Shown here one piece after another: positions 1 through 9,405 of a stretch of 64,000 nucleotides of DNA. Every line of letters begins with the position of its first letter. The first letter of the stretch is position 1. Below the pieces are notes generated by a model. It saw nothing but the letters and a program-made list of their open reading frames with translations. It was not told the DNA's origin and made no database searches. The stretch comes from Candidatus Limnocylindria bacterium (GTDB taxonomy: Bacteria > Chloroflexota > Limnocylindria > P2-11E): NCBI GenBank assembly GCA_035651155.1, contig DASRGG010000028.1, forward strand, positions 55,041-119,040, written 5' to 3'. Made by a program: the position numbers and the translations under genes.

Positions 1-183
1 GGTCGTCGCGCGAAGCGGCGCGTAGGCACGGTCGAGGGCGATCGAGGCGCTCGCGAGATCGCTCATCGCCTCGGCGCAGCGGCCGCAGCGGCGGAGGTGC
101 GACTCGATCTCCAGGCGCTCGCGGCGCCCGGCCTCGCCGGCGAGGAGCACGGTGATGCGCTCCCGGACCTGCGCGCAGCCCAT
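1..183 (-). CDS. Anti-sigma factor, ZAS (zf-HC2) type; N-terminal part only, the 3' end lies beyond the window start
   Basis: Minus-strand translation from the ATG at ~183 gives MGCAQVRERITVLLAGE...ESHLRRCGRCAE, which contains the HxxxCxxC zinc-binding anti-sigma motif. The gene begins 6 nt downstream of the ECF sigma stop. Confidence 0.6.
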   Translation of the reverse strand, partial: MGCAQVRERITVLLAGEAGRRERLEIESHLRRCGRCAEAMSDLASASIALDRAYAPLRATT

Positions 184-191
184 GCGGTAGC

Positions 192-863
192 TCACTCCTT
201 CGGTCCTCGTAGCGGTTCGACCGCCGGCAGTGCCATCCGTCCAGATGTAGCCGGCAGGGCCGCGCCCGGTTCGAAGCCGAGCTCTGGATGTGCCGAAAGA
301 TGCGCTCGCAGCCGGAGGAGCGCGTAGTGGAGCCGTGACTTCACCGTGCCGACCGGGCAGTCGACGACCTGGGCGATCTCGGCGAGGTTCAGGCCGTTCA
401 GGTAATGGAGGACGACGACGATCCGGTGCTTCGGACCCAGCGTGTCGACGGCCGCGAGGACGACCCGGCGCAGCTCGGCCAGCTCCGCGAGGCTCGACGG
501 TGAGCGCTCGCCGCTTTCGACGATCTCGTCGGTCGCGTCCTCGAGCGTGCTGACGATCACGTTCTTGCGCGGCCGCCGGTTGTACGAGAGGTTCACCGCC
601 ACCCGATAGAGCCACGGCCGCAGGCTGTCCTCGGGCTCGAGCCGCGCGAGCGCGCGATGGGCACGGGCGAACGTGTCGACGACGATCTCCTCGGCGGCGG
701 CGGGATCCTTCGTGATCGCGAACCCCAGCCGGAAGATGCCGTCCTTGTAGCGATAGAACAGGGCGTCGAACGCGAGGCCGTCGCCCGCCCGCGCGGCGTA
801 CACGAGCTCGCGATCGGTCCGGGCGTCCTCGGCGGAAGCGCGCTTCGCCGCCCGGCCGGTCAC
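192..863 (-). CDS. ECF (sigma-70 family group 4) RNA polymerase sigma factor
   Basis: The ORF 192..1076 carries region 2 (ELVYAARAGDGLAFDALFYRY...) and region 4 (LNLAEIAQVVDCPVGTVKSRLHYAL). Upstream of the conserved domain the 294-aa ORF has no internal Met and no homology, so I chose the in-frame GTG at 863 as start. Confidence 0.75.
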   Translation of the reverse strand: MTGRAAKRASAEDARTDRELVYAARAGDGLAFDALFYRYKDGIFRLGFAITKDPAAAEEIVVDTFARAHRALARLEPEDSLRPWLYRVAVNLSYNRRPRKNVIVSTLEDATDEIVESGERSPSSLAELAELRRVVLAAVDTLGPKHRIVVVLHYLNGLNLAEIAQVVDCPVGTVKSRLHYALLRLRAHLSAHPELGFEPGAALPATSGRMALPAVEPLRGPKE

Positions 864-966
864 GAGTCTTCGCGCTCGGCTCGGCCCGCTGCGCGGCCTG
901 TGCCTCGCCGCCTCGCTGCGCTTGCGGCAGGACTCGCTCGTCGCAGGAAACCTGCTCCTCGCTCGT

Positions 967-1764
967 TCATCCTCGATCCTCCGGGAGGTACCGGCGGATC
1001 GCACGCAGCTCGCGATCCGGCCCGAGCACGGCGCGTTCGACGACGCCGCCGGACATCGGGGCGTGGAGGTATTCACGTTCGGCCGTCGCGATGGCGACGT
1101 GCGTCACGCGCTCGTCGCCGAAGAAGAGGAGGTCGCCGGCGCGAGGCGTGGTGGCCGCGCGTCCTTCCAAGGCCTGCTGGTCGGCGTCGCGGTCGAGACC
1201 CACCCCGTTCAGACGGTACACGAGCTGGCTGAAGCCGGAGCAGTCGATTCCATCGATCGTCGTGCCGCCCCAGAGGTACGGCGCGCCGAGAAAGCACTCG
1301 GCCGTGCGCAGGAGATCCGAGGGAAGCGGGAAGCGGTTGGGCAGCTGCGCGATGTCGACGGTGTCGCGGAACGCGATCCACCCGTCGACCGAGATGCGCA
1401 GCCAGTCACCGCTGCGCTCCTGGATCGCGAGCGGCGCGGCCACCGGGAGACGATCGATGACCGGCGCGGCGTCGGTCGGGGCGCTGCGCACGTCGGCCGC
1501 GACGACGCCGACGATGCGGCGCTCGGCCGGCCCGACCTCGTCGAGCACGTCCGCGAGCATCCAGCCGAAGTAATGGTCCGCTCCCTGCGCGTAGAACCAG
1601 TCGCCCTCCTGACCGAGCAGCGTGAAGCGCTCGCCGTAGTGCGCCTGGTCGACGCGCTCCGATCCCTCGTCGGGCTCGGCGTGGAGATCGGCGAAACCGC
1701 GGTTCACGATGGCCTGCGGCGGACGGACCATCGCGACGGCGAGGCGCACCGGCGCCATGCTCAT
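967..1764 (-). CDS. NlpC/P60 family peptidoglycan peptidase with an N-terminal SH3-like region
   Basis: Only the C-terminal 265 aa of ORF 967..3036 look real. That tail reads MSMAPV...GIDCSGFSQLVYRLNGV...THVAIA, with catalytic Cys and His motifs. Its ATG overlaps the gcvPB stop in an ATGA. Confidence 0.8.
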   Translation of the reverse strand: MSMAPVRLAVAMVRPPQAIVNRGFADLHAEPDEGSERVDQAHYGERFTLLGQEGDWFYAQGADHYFGWMLADVLDEVGPAERRIVGVVAADVRSAPTDAAPVIDRLPVAAPLAIQERSGDWLRISVDGWIAFRDTVDIAQLPNRFPLPSDLLRTAECFLGAPYLWGGTTIDGIDCSGFSQLVYRLNGVGLDRDADQQALEGRAATTPRAGDLLFFGDERVTHVAIATAEREYLHAPMSGGVVERAVLGPDRELRAIRRYLPEDRG

Positions 1765-3254
1765 CGACCTCGTACGCCTCGCTCGTTCAATGTCGGTCTG
1801 TAGCGCAGCACCGGCCTCCGGGCGGCGCCCACCTCGTCGAGCCGCCGCAGCGGCGTCTTCGTCGGCGCCTCGTGGACCGAGGCGGGGTCGCGCTCGATGC
1901 GCTCGGCGATGCGGATGAGCGCCGCCGCGAAGGCGTCGAGGGTCTCCTTGGTCTCGGTCTCGGTGGGCTCGATCATCAGCGCTTCCGAGACGATGAGCGG
2001 GAAGTACACGGTGGGCGAGTGGAAGCCCTCGTCGAGGAGCGCCTTCGAGATGTCGAGCGCGCTCGATCCCTGCTTCTTCTGCTTCGCCGCCGAGAGCACG
2101 AACTCGTGCATCGGCGTGCGATCGTAGGCGACGTCGTAGCGATCCCGCAGCAGCGCGAGGAGGTAGTTCGCCGCGAGCACGGCGTCGCGCCCGGTCTCGG
2201 CGAGGCCCTCGTCTCCGAGCGTCTTCAGATAGGTATAGGCGCGCGCCAGCACGCCGAAGTTCCCGAGGCGCTGCTTGATCGAGCCGATCGAATCCCCCAC
2301 CGGATCCGGCGGACGATCCTCGCGCGCGGTGTCGTAGTGGTACGAGCCGTCGGCCTCGCGCACGATCCACGGCTTCGGGAGGAACGGGCGCAGGTGCGCC
2401 TTGACGCAGAGCGGTCCGGCGCCCGGGCCGCCGGCGCCGTGCGGCGTCGAAAACGTCTTGTGGACGTTGATGTGGACGCAGTCGAAGCCGAGATCGCCGG
2501 GTCGCGCGACGCCCAGGAGCGCGTTCATGTTCGCGCCGTCGCCGTACACGAGACCGCCCGCCGCGTGCACCGCGTCGCAGACCTCGCGCACGCGCTCCTC
2601 GAAGAGGCCGAGCGTGTTCGGGTTCGTGAGCATGAAGCCCGCGACGTCCGGCCCGAGCGCGGCGCGCAGCGCGGTCAGGTCGACGTTGCCGCGCGGATCG
2701 CTCTTCACCGTCGTGACCTCGTAGCCGCACATCGCGGCCGAGGCGGGGTTCGTGCCGTGCGCCGAGTCGGGCACGATGATCCGGCGCCGCTGCGCCGCCT
2801 CGCCCCGCTTCGCGTGGTAGGCCTTGAACATCAGGAGCGCGGTGAGCTCGGACTGCGCGCCCGCGGCCGGCTGGAGCGTCACGAAGTCCATGCCGGTGAT
2901 CTTCGCGAGCATCCGCTCGAGCTCGTACGCGAGCGCGAGCACGCCCTGCGTGGTGCGATACGACTGCCGCGGATGCAGATCCGCGAAGAGCGCCGCCGTG
3001 CGGTCGTTCACCTTCGGGTTGTACTTCATCGTGCACGACCCCAGCGGATACATCCCGGTGTCGACCGAGTAGTTCAGCTGGGCGAGATGCGTGTAGTGGC
3101 GCACGACCTGCGGCTCGGTGAGCTCGGGCAGGCGCAGCGGCGTCGTCCGGCGGTACTCCCGCGGGATGAGGTCGTCGTGCGGTTCGTGGCGCACGTGATG
3201 TCCGTTCCGTCCCGCACGCGCGAGCTCGAAGAGGAGCGGCTCGAGGGCCTTCAC
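1761..3254 (-). CDS. gcvPB: Glycine dehydrogenase (decarboxylating) subunit 2
   Basis: The 3' part of ORF 1761..4061 matches GcvPB, for example PLGSCTMKYNPK and HINVHKTFSTPHGAGGPGAGP. The ORF region upstream of ~3300 is the gcvPA gene read in another frame. The start is ambiguous between the GTG at 3254 (MKALEPLLFEL...) and the TTG at 3302, which overlaps the gcvPA stop as TTGA. Confidence 0.85.
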   Translation of the reverse strand: MKALEPLLFELARAGRNGHHVRHEPHDDLIPREYRRTTPLRLPELTEPQVVRHYTHLAQLNYSVDTGMYPLGSCTMKYNPKVNDRTAALFADLHPRQSYRTTQGVLALAYELERMLAKITGMDFVTLQPAAGAQSELTALLMFKAYHAKRGEAAQRRRIIVPDSAHGTNPASAAMCGYEVTTVKSDPRGNVDLTALRAALGPDVAGFMLTNPNTLGLFEERVREVCDAVHAAGGLVYGDGANMNALLGVARPGDLGFDCVHINVHKTFSTPHGAGGPGAGPLCVKAHLRPFLPKPWIVREADGSYHYDTAREDRPPDPVGDSIGSIKQRLGNFGVLARAYTYLKTLGDEGLAETGRDAVLAANYLLALLRDRYDVAYDRTPMHEFVLSAAKQKKQGSSALDISKALLDEGFHSPTVYFPLIVSEALMIEPTETETKETLDAFAAALIRIAERIERDPASVHEAPTKTPLRRLDEVGAARRPVLRYRPTLNERGVRGR

Positions 3255-3298
3255 CTCGCCGGCGCCGACGTCGGGGACGGGCTGCCGCCGGATCGCGC

Positions 3299-4657
3299 TC
3301 AACGCGCGGCCACCGCCTGGCGGGAGCCGGTGATCTCGGCCACGGCGTCGACGAGCGCGTCGGCGTCGCTTTCGCTCGTGAGCTCGGTGCACTGCACGAT
3401 CACATCGTCGCGGCCGCGCCGCTCGCCCTCGACGTAGTGCGAGGCGGTAGCCTCGACCTGGATGCCGCGGTCGAGGAGCGCGAGCCGAAGATCCCAGCCG
3501 CCGATCTCGCTCCGCACCGTGAAGCGATCGAAGAACGGACCGTCGTTGGCGATGCGGCAGCCGCGGAGCGCGCCGAGCCGCTTCGCGAGCGCGTGCGCTC
3601 GCGAGACTCCGGCGCGCGCCGCCGACCGGAGACCCTCGGGACCGAGCAGCGCGAGATAGATCGCGGCGTGGATCGCCGCGAGCGCCTCGTTCGTGCAGAT
3701 GTTGCTCGTCGCCTTCTCGCGCCGGATGTGCTGCTCGCGCGTCTGCAGCGTGTTCACGAATCCGCGCGTGCCGTCGGCGTCCACGGTCTGCCCCGCGATG
3801 CGTCCGGGCATCTGCCGCACGAACGCCTCGCGGCACGCGAAGATCCCGAGATGCGGACCGCCGTACGACATGGGGATGCCCAGCGGCTGCCCTTCGCCCA
3901 CGACGATGTCCGCGCCGAGCGCTCCGGGCGGCTCGAGCAGCGCGCACGCGTGCGGCTCGGTGACCTGGACGCAGAGGGCGCCCGCGGCGTGCGCGGCGTC
4001 GGCGATCCGCCGCACGTCGACGAGCGTGCCGAACGCGTCGGGGTGCTGCACCATGAGGCACGCGGCGCCGCCCGCGTGCTGCGCGAGCTCCCCCGCCGGG
4101 ACCTCGACGATGTCGAGCTCCGCTCCCCGCGCGTACGTCTTCAAGGTGCGGCGGAACGTGAAGTCGACGCCCTCCGCGACGACGACCCGCTTGCGGCCGG
4201 TGAGACGCACCGCCATGAGCGCCGCCTCCGCCGTCGCCGACGCGCCGTCGTACATCGACGAGTTCACGACGTCCATCGCGAGCAGCTCGGCCATGAGCGA
4301 CTGGTACTCGAAGACGGCCTGCAGCGTGCCCTGGCTCACCTCGGGCTGATAGGGCGTGTACGCGGTGAGGAACTCGCCGCGCAGCGCGAGCACCGGGAGC
4401 GCGGCCGGGATGTACCGGCGCTGGATCGGACCGCCGATGAAGAACGGACCCGACGACGCGTCGCGGTCCATCCGCGCGAGGGACTCGAGGTGTGCCTGCA
4501 CCTCCATCTCGCTCATGCCCGGACCGATCCCGAGCTTCGGGTCGCGCGCGTCCTTGGGGATCGCGGCGAAGAGATCGTCCACGCTCTTCACGCCGATGCG
4601 CGCGAGCATCGCGGCGCGATCGGCTGGGGTGTGCGGGGAGTACGGGTTCTTGGCCAC
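3299..4657 (-). CDS. gcvPA: Glycine dehydrogenase (decarboxylating) subunit 1
   Basis: GcvPA-like sequence throughout. The GTG start at 4657 gives (M)AKNPYSPHTPADRAAML and is preceded by a GGAG ribosome-binding site 7 nt downstream of the gcvH stop. Confidence 0.9.
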   Translation of the reverse strand: MAKNPYSPHTPADRAAMLARIGVKSVDDLFAAIPKDARDPKLGIGPGMSEMEVQAHLESLARMDRDASSGPFFIGGPIQRRYIPAALPVLALRGEFLTAYTPYQPEVSQGTLQAVFEYQSLMAELLAMDVVNSSMYDGASATAEAALMAVRLTGRKRVVVAEGVDFTFRRTLKTYARGAELDIVEVPAGELAQHAGGAACLMVQHPDAFGTLVDVRRIADAAHAAGALCVQVTEPHACALLEPPGALGADIVVGEGQPLGIPMSYGGPHLGIFACREAFVRQMPGRIAGQTVDADGTRGFVNTLQTREQHIRREKATSNICTNEALAAIHAAIYLALLGPEGLRSAARAGVSRAHALAKRLGALRGCRIANDGPFFDRFTVRSEIGGWDLRLALLDRGIQVEATASHYVEGERRGRDDVIVQCTELTSESDADALVDAVAEITGSRQAVAAR

Positions 4658-4664
4658 TGCCGCG

Positions 4665-5066
4665 TTAGTCTCCGCCGGACCCCGGCGTCTCGCCGATGTG
4701 CGAGCGGTAGTCCTCGGGCGACAGCAGCTTCTGGAGCTCGCCCTTGTCGGCGAGGCGCACCCGCAGCAGCCAACCGTCCCCATAGGGCGCCGAGTTCACG
4801 AGCTCGGGCTTCTCGATGACCTTCACGTTCCGCTCGACCACCTCGCCCGAGACCGGGCTGTAGATGTCGGACGCCGCCTTCACCGATTCGACCACGCCGA
4901 GGCTCGCGAACTGCCGGACGGTCGCGCCCTTCTCCGGCAGCTCGACGAAGACGACGTCGCCCAGCTGCTCTTGCGCGAAGTGGGTGATGCCGATGGTGGC
5001 GGTGTCGCCGTCCAGGCGCACCCACTCGTGCTCCTTTGAATAGCGCAGGTCCTGCGGAACGGTCAT
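4665..5066 (-). CDS. gcvH: Glycine cleavage system H protein (lipoyl carrier)
   Basis: 133 aa reading MTVPQDLRYSKEHEWVRLDG...VESVKAASDIYSPVSGEV with the lipoyl-lysine motif. Its ATG overlaps the gcvT stop (ATGA). Confidence 0.92.
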   Translation of the reverse strand: MTVPQDLRYSKEHEWVRLDGDTATIGITHFAQEQLGDVVFVELPEKGATVRQFASLGVVESVKAASDIYSPVSGEVVERNVKVIEKPELVNSAPYGDGWLLRVRLADKGELQKLLSPEDYRSHIGETPGSGGD

Positions 5067-6157
5067 CGGTCGGGCCTCCGATAGAAAGGTGTCTTCACTA
5101 CCGTAGCGGGTACGTCGCGTTCGCGGATGCGCACGCCGACGCGGGTGCCGACCTTCGCGAGGTCGGCCGGCACGTAGGCGAGCGCGATGTTCTTTCCGAC
5201 CGTCGGTCCGAACGTGCCGCTCGTCACCCGGCCCACCTCGGCGCCGTCGTGCGTGACCGGGTGGCCGTGCCGCGCCACGCCGCCGTCGACGACGAGGCCG
5301 GCGATCCGCCGCCTTGGCCCCGCGTCCTTCGCGCGCGCGATCGCCTCGCGGCCGAGGAAGTCCTTGTCGAGCTTGCAGGTCCAGGTGAGTCCCGCCTCGA
5401 TGGGATCGGTCGTCTCGTCGATCTCATTGCCGTACAGCGAGAAACGCGATTCGAGACGAAGGGTGTCGCGCGCGCCGAGCCCGACCGGCAGGATCCCATC
5501 GGGCCTCCCGGTCTCGAGGAGAGCCCCCCACACGCGCGCGGCGTCGGCGTTGGGCAGGAAGATCTCGAACCCATCCTCGCCGGTGTAGCCGGTGCGCGCG
5601 ACGGTCGCTCCCACGCCCGCGATCTCCGTCCTCGTGATCCCGAATGAGGGCAGGTCGCGCACCGCGGGTGCCAGCCGCCCGAGGATATCGGCCGCTTTCG
5701 GACCCTGGATGGCGATGAGCGCGGTCGCCATCGACCCGTCCGCGAACCGCACGTCGGGCGAAAGGTGCGCGCGCACGTGCGCGGCGTCCTTCGCGATGTT
5801 CGACGCGTTCACGACCATCATGTAGTGCTGCGGCGCGATGCGGTACACGATCACGTCGTCGACGATCGTGCCGCGCTCGTTGCAGAGCAGGCCGTAGCGT
5901 GCCTGGCCGACCTCGAGGCCGGCGATGTCGGAGGAGACGAGCCGGTCGAGCGCCGCACCCGCGCCCGCGCCGCTGAAGTAGAACTCGCCCATGTGCGAGA
6001 GATCGAAGAGACCGGCGGCGCCACGCACGGCGCGATGCTCCGCCACGATGCCGCTGTACTGGATCGGCATCTCCCAACCCGCGAACGGCACCATCTTCGC
6101 GCCGAGCGCACGATGCTGCTCGAAGAGCGGCGTCCGATGGAGTGCCTCGAGGCTCAC
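5063..6157 (-). CDS. gcvT: Aminomethyltransferase (glycine cleavage T protein)
   Basis: 364 aa of GcvT-like sequence, for example MPIQYSGIVAEHRAVR and GYTGEDGFEI. The GTG start overlaps the NUDIX stop (GTGA). Confidence 0.92.
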   Translation of the reverse strand: MSLEALHRTPLFEQHRALGAKMVPFAGWEMPIQYSGIVAEHRAVRGAAGLFDLSHMGEFYFSGAGAGAALDRLVSSDIAGLEVGQARYGLLCNERGTIVDDVIVYRIAPQHYMMVVNASNIAKDAAHVRAHLSPDVRFADGSMATALIAIQGPKAADILGRLAPAVRDLPSFGITRTEIAGVGATVARTGYTGEDGFEIFLPNADAARVWGALLETGRPDGILPVGLGARDTLRLESRFSLYGNEIDETTDPIEAGLTWTCKLDKDFLGREAIARAKDAGPRRRIAGLVVDGGVARHGHPVTHDGAEVGRVTSGTFGPTVGKNIALAYVPADLAKVGTRVGVRIRERDVPATVVKTPFYRRPDR

Positions 6158-6606
6158 GCCGCCTCCTGTGCCGCCGCGACCGCGCGGTCGAGCACCTCGC
6201 GATACGTGTCGAAGGAGAGGAGCCGGCGGGCTTCGGGCACGCCCACCCAGCGGACGTGGTCGTACTCGTGGTCGTGCCGCGACACGTCGCCGCCGACGGC
6301 GCGCATGAGGAAGAAATGCACGACCTTGTGGACGCGCTCGCCCGGCACGGCGAACCAGTACTCGGTGGTGCCGACCGGCCGGACGATCTCGACGTCCAGA
6401 CCCGTCTCCTCGCGCACCTCGCGGAGCGCGGTCTGCTCGATGGTCTCGCCCGGATCGGGCGTGCCCTTCGGGAACACCCAGGTGTGGTCGCTCTCGCGGC
6501 TCGCGAGCACGACCTCGAGCCGATCGCCCGCGCCGCGCATGACCACCCCGCCCGCGGCCGTGGCGTTACGGACGCGTGATGGACGTCGCGCGCGCGTCGA
6601 GGCCAT
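6154..6606 (-). CDS. NUDIX hydrolase
   Basis: Nudix box GETIEQTALREVREETGL. A GGGAGG ribosome-binding site precedes the ATG at 6606. Confidence 0.8.
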   Translation of the reverse strand: MASTRARRPSRVRNATAAGGVVMRGAGDRLEVVLASRESDHTWVFPKGTPDPGETIEQTALREVREETGLDVEIVRPVGTTEYWFAVPGERVHKVVHFFLMRAVGGDVSRHDHEYDHVRWVGVPEARRLLSFDTYREVLDRAVAAAQEAA

Positions 6607-6631
6607 CGTCGCCTCCCCGAAGTTACGTTCG

Positions 6632-6637
6632 ACTATA
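6632..6637 (-). promoter_or_regulatory. Candidate -10 element (TATAGT) for the NUDIX-gcv transcript
   Basis: An isolated AT-rich hexamer TATAGT sits in otherwise ~72% GC DNA, about 30 nt upstream of the NUDIX ribosome-binding site, in the 66-nt gap after the HD gene. Confidence 0.25.
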
Positions 6638-6672
6638 AGCGCGCGCGCCGGGCAGCGCTCGCGTACGTCTCT

Positions 6673-7449
6673 TTAGAGCAAGCGCGTGTTGTTGATGACG
6701 AGAGCGAAAGAACAGTGGAGGAACTCGGCGGCGCGGCGCGACAGCATCATGCGCGGCAGGAAGATCTCGAAGTACTCCATGATCGGCGCGACCTCGGTAT
6801 CGACGGAGAGCTCGAGCGTGATGAGCTTCTCCTTGCGGCTCACCTTGATCTCGGACGAGGTCGCCGCGTAGTTCACGCGGTCGTGTATGTCGAACGAGGT
6901 CGTCTTCGGGTTCCGCACGCGGCTGCGGTGCACGTCGCTCTTGTCCGCGATGATCACCGCCGCCGAGACCGCGCTCACCGGCAGGCCGCCCTCGGCCTCC
7001 TCGTGATTCGCGATCGCGCCCATGATCGTCGCGATCTCCTCGACGTCGAAGCCGAGCTCTTCGAGGATGTCCTTCGCGATGAGCGCGCCGGTCTGACCGT
7101 GCTTCTCGCGCGTGACGACGTTGCCGATGTCGTGGAGGTACGCGGCGACCGCCGCGATCTCGCAGCGCCGTGGCTCGTGGCCGAGCGACTTCAGGATGAA
7201 GCGCGCGCCATCGGCCGCCGTGTTCGCGTGCCGCTCGCCGTGCTCGGTGTATCCGATGGCGCCGGTCTGCGCGTTCGCGGAGCGGATGTACGTCTTCACG
7301 CGGACGTCCGCTTTGACCTGATCGAGCGCGGGTCCCTGTCGCTTCGCCTCGGCCGGGGTCTTCGTCTTGGTCTCGGCGCGGTGGACCTTCTTCTGCTCGT
7401 CGGGTCGCGCGGTGTCGTCGCGACGCGGTGCGGGCGCGGTCTCAGCCAT
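6673..7449 (-). CDS. HD-domain metal-dependent phosphohydrolase
   Basis: HD motif AAYLHDIGN. The internal ATG at 7449 (MAETAPAP...) was chosen because the ORF upstream of it is R/A-rich low complexity. Confidence 0.6.
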   Translation of the reverse strand: MAETAPAPRRDDTARPDEQKKVHRAETKTKTPAEAKRQGPALDQVKADVRVKTYIRSANAQTGAIGYTEHGERHANTAADGARFILKSLGHEPRRCEIAAVAAYLHDIGNVVTREKHGQTGALIAKDILEELGFDVEEIATIMGAIANHEEAEGGLPVSAVSAAVIIADKSDVHRSRVRNPKTTSFDIHDRVNYAATSSEIKVSRKEKLITLELSVDTEVAPIMEYFEIFLPRMMLSRRAAEFLHCSFALVINNTRLL

Positions 7450-7460
7450 GCGTGGCGATG

Positions 7461-7892
7461 CTACGACCGGCGCGACTCCTCCGTGTACGCCTGCTGAAGG
7501 CGCTCCGCGACCTGCTGCAGCCAGCGCAATTCGGCGAGGCCGGCGCGCGCGACGACCATGCCGCGGGTGAACGCGAGCCATGGTCGCAGCGTCCCTGAGA
7601 CAAGACCCAGCCACGTCGCGCCGTTCGCGTCGACCTTCGGACCCTTCCCCTTCACGTCCGCGACCTCGGCGTGCAGCTTGCCGTCGCCCGCCTGCAGCTC
7701 GACGGCCTCGCCGGTGTCGGTAAAGCGCAGGAGCGCGCGGCCCGCGGCGACGTCGCGCAGGTTCTCGAGGACGCGCTCGTCGGCGGCCGCGGCGGTGAGG
7801 ATCGCGAGCACGGCGTCGCGCGCGTTCACGCGATTCGGCGGGGAGGACGCGGCGACGCGCGCGGCCTCGACCGCCTCTTCGAGACGCGTCAT
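7461..7892 (-). CDS. SCP2 sterol-carrier-like domain protein
   Basis: 143-aa C-terminal portion of ORF 7461..8861 (MTRLEEAVEAARVA...TLRPWLAFTRGMVV). Its ATG overlaps the tsaD stop (ATGA). Confidence 0.6.
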   Translation of the reverse strand: MTRLEEAVEAARVAASSPPNRVNARDAVLAILTAAAADERVLENLRDVAAGRALLRFTDTGEAVELQAGDGKLHAEVADVKGKGPKVDANGATWLGLVSGTLRPWLAFTRGMVVARAGLAELRWLQQVAERLQQAYTEESRRS

Positions 7893-8887
7893 GCGAGCTT
7901 CAAGTCGCTGCGCACGGTCTGTGGGATCTCCGTGCCGCGATGGCGCAGCACAAAGAAGGCCGCGGCGCCGATCATCGCGCCGTTGTCGGTGCAGAGGCGC
8001 GGCGGCGGCACCACGAGCGGGCGACCGATCCGCTTCGCGATCTCCTCGCGCAGCGGGCCGTTCGCGGCGACGCCGCCGCCAAGGAGCACCGTGTCCACGG
8101 CGTGCTCCGCCGCCGCGCGCGCGGTCTTCTCCGCGAGCATGTCGACGATCGCCTTCTGGAAGGACGCGGCGACGTCGGCCACCGGCACCTCGCCTTTCGC
8201 CTCGAGCGCGCGCACCAGACGCTGCACCGCCGTCTTGAGGCCCGAGAACGAGAAGTCGTAGCGGTCCGCGACGCTCGCGCGCGGCAGCGGGAACGAGTTG
8301 GGATCGCCCGCCTTCGCGGCCCGCTCGATGAGCGGTCCGCCGGGGAAGCCCAGGCCGAGGAGACGCGCGACCTTGTCGAACGCCTCGCCCGCGGCGTCGT
8401 CGATGGTGCGGCCGAGCGGGCGGAACCGACGGTGCCCTTCCATGAGCACGAGATCGCTGTGCGCGCCGCTCACCACGAGCACGATCGCCGGGATCTCGGG
8501 CTCGGGCGGCGCCACCTCGCCCTCGTACAGCCAGTTCGCGTACACGTGTCCCTCGAGATGATTCACGCCGACGAAGGGAAGGCCCGCGGCGAGCGCGAGG
8601 CCGCGCGCGTAGTTCGCGCCGACGAGAAGGCATCCGATGAGCCCTGGGCCCACCGTCGCGGCGACGGCGTCGACGCCGCGCAGCTCGATGCCCGCGTCGC
8701 GGAGCGCGGTCTGCGTGATCGCGTCGAGCGCGCGCAGGTGTTCGCGCGCGGCGACCTCGGGAACGATGCCGCCCGTCTCCTGGTGCGCCAGCTGCGACGC
8801 GACGACGTTCGACAGGATCCGGCGGCCGTCGTCGACGACCGCGACGCCCGTCTCGTCGCACGACGTCTCGACCGAGAGGACGCGCAT
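7889..8887 (-). CDS. tsaD: tRNA N6-adenosine threonylcarbamoyltransferase
   Basis: MRVLSVETSCDETGVAVV...GVNHLEGH, a Kae1/TsaD-family ASKHA protein. The ATG at 8887 was found by residue counting. Confidence 0.9.
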   Translation of the reverse strand: MRVLSVETSCDETGVAVVDDGRRILSNVVASQLAHQETGGIVPEVAAREHLRALDAITQTALRDAGIELRGVDAVAATVGPGLIGCLLVGANYARGLALAAGLPFVGVNHLEGHVYANWLYEGEVAPPEPEIPAIVLVVSGAHSDLVLMEGHRRFRPLGRTIDDAAGEAFDKVARLLGLGFPGGPLIERAAKAGDPNSFPLPRASVADRYDFSFSGLKTAVQRLVRALEAKGEVPVADVAASFQKAIVDMLAEKTARAAAEHAVDTVLLGGGVAANGPLREEIAKRIGRPLVVPPPRLCTDNGAMIGAAAFFVLRHRGTEIPQTVRSDLKLA

Positions 8888-9405
8888 CAGCCGCCCGCTT
8901 CGAGCGAGGCCCGGAGCTTCGAAAGGCGCTCGCGCACCGCGCGGTCGCGCAGCCGATCGGTCCACATGATGATCGCGTCCTCGTTGTTGTCCGAGTAGTA
9001 GCGCCGGCGGATACCGGCCGGCCGGAACCCGTACTTCTCGTAGAGGCGCTGCGCCGGGATGTTCGACGCGCGCACCTCGAGGGTCAGCCACTCCGCGCCG
9101 AGCTTCTCGGCGCGCTCGAAGAGCGCGATGAGCATCCGCTCGCCGATCTTCCGCCGGCGGCACTCGGGGAGGACGGCGAAGGTGGTGATGTGCGCCTCGT
9201 CGAGCGAGAGCCACAGTCCCGCGTATCCGACGATGCGATCGCCCTCGCGCGCGACGATGTAGTGCGCGTTCTTGTTCTGGGTCAGCTCGTGGCGGAAGGC
9301 GTTCGCCGGCCACGGCACCGGGAACGAGGCGCGCTCGACCTCCTGCACCGCATCGATGTCGTCGATCTTCATCTCGTCGATCGTGATGGGGAACAGCGCG
9401 ACCAT
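8887..9405 (-). CDS. rimI: Ribosomal-protein-alanine N-acetyltransferase (GNAT)
   Basis: 172-aa GNAT fold (YAGLWLSLDEAHITTFAVLPECRRRKIGERML), located between tsaB and tsaD as in many genomes. Confidence 0.8.
   Translation of the reverse strand: MVALFPITIDEMKIDDIDAVQEVERASFPVPWPANAFRHELTQNKNAHYIVAREGDRIVGYAGLWLSLDEAHITTFAVLPECRRRKIGERMLIALFERAEKLGAEWLTLEVRASNIPAQRLYEKYGFRPAGIRRRYYSDNNEDAIIMWTDRLRDRAVRERLSKLRASLEAGG

Noticed and set aside
250-275. tRNA-like T-loop motif GGTTCGAAGCC
   Set aside because: It lies inside the ECF sigma coding sequence, with no acceptor or anticodon stem context. It is a chance match.
864-966. ECF-type autoregulatory promoter (GGAAC-N16-CGTT) upstream of the sigma factor
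   Set aside because: No convincing -35/-10 match was found in the 100-nt spacer. Only weak TGAAC-like fragments are present.
967-3036. 689-aa ORF taken as a single protein
   Set aside because: Only the last 265 aa are NlpC/P60-like. The upstream part overlaps gcvPB in another frame and is R-rich noise.
1761-4061. 766-aa ORF taken as a single protein
   Set aside because: Only the region up to about 3254-3302 is gcvPB. The rest is the gcvPA gene read in a different frame.
6607-6672. Glycine riboswitch upstream of the gcv operon
   Set aside because: gcvT overlaps the upstream NUDIX gene. The only spacer, 66 nt before NUDIX, is far too short and lacks the conserved glycine-aptamer motifs.
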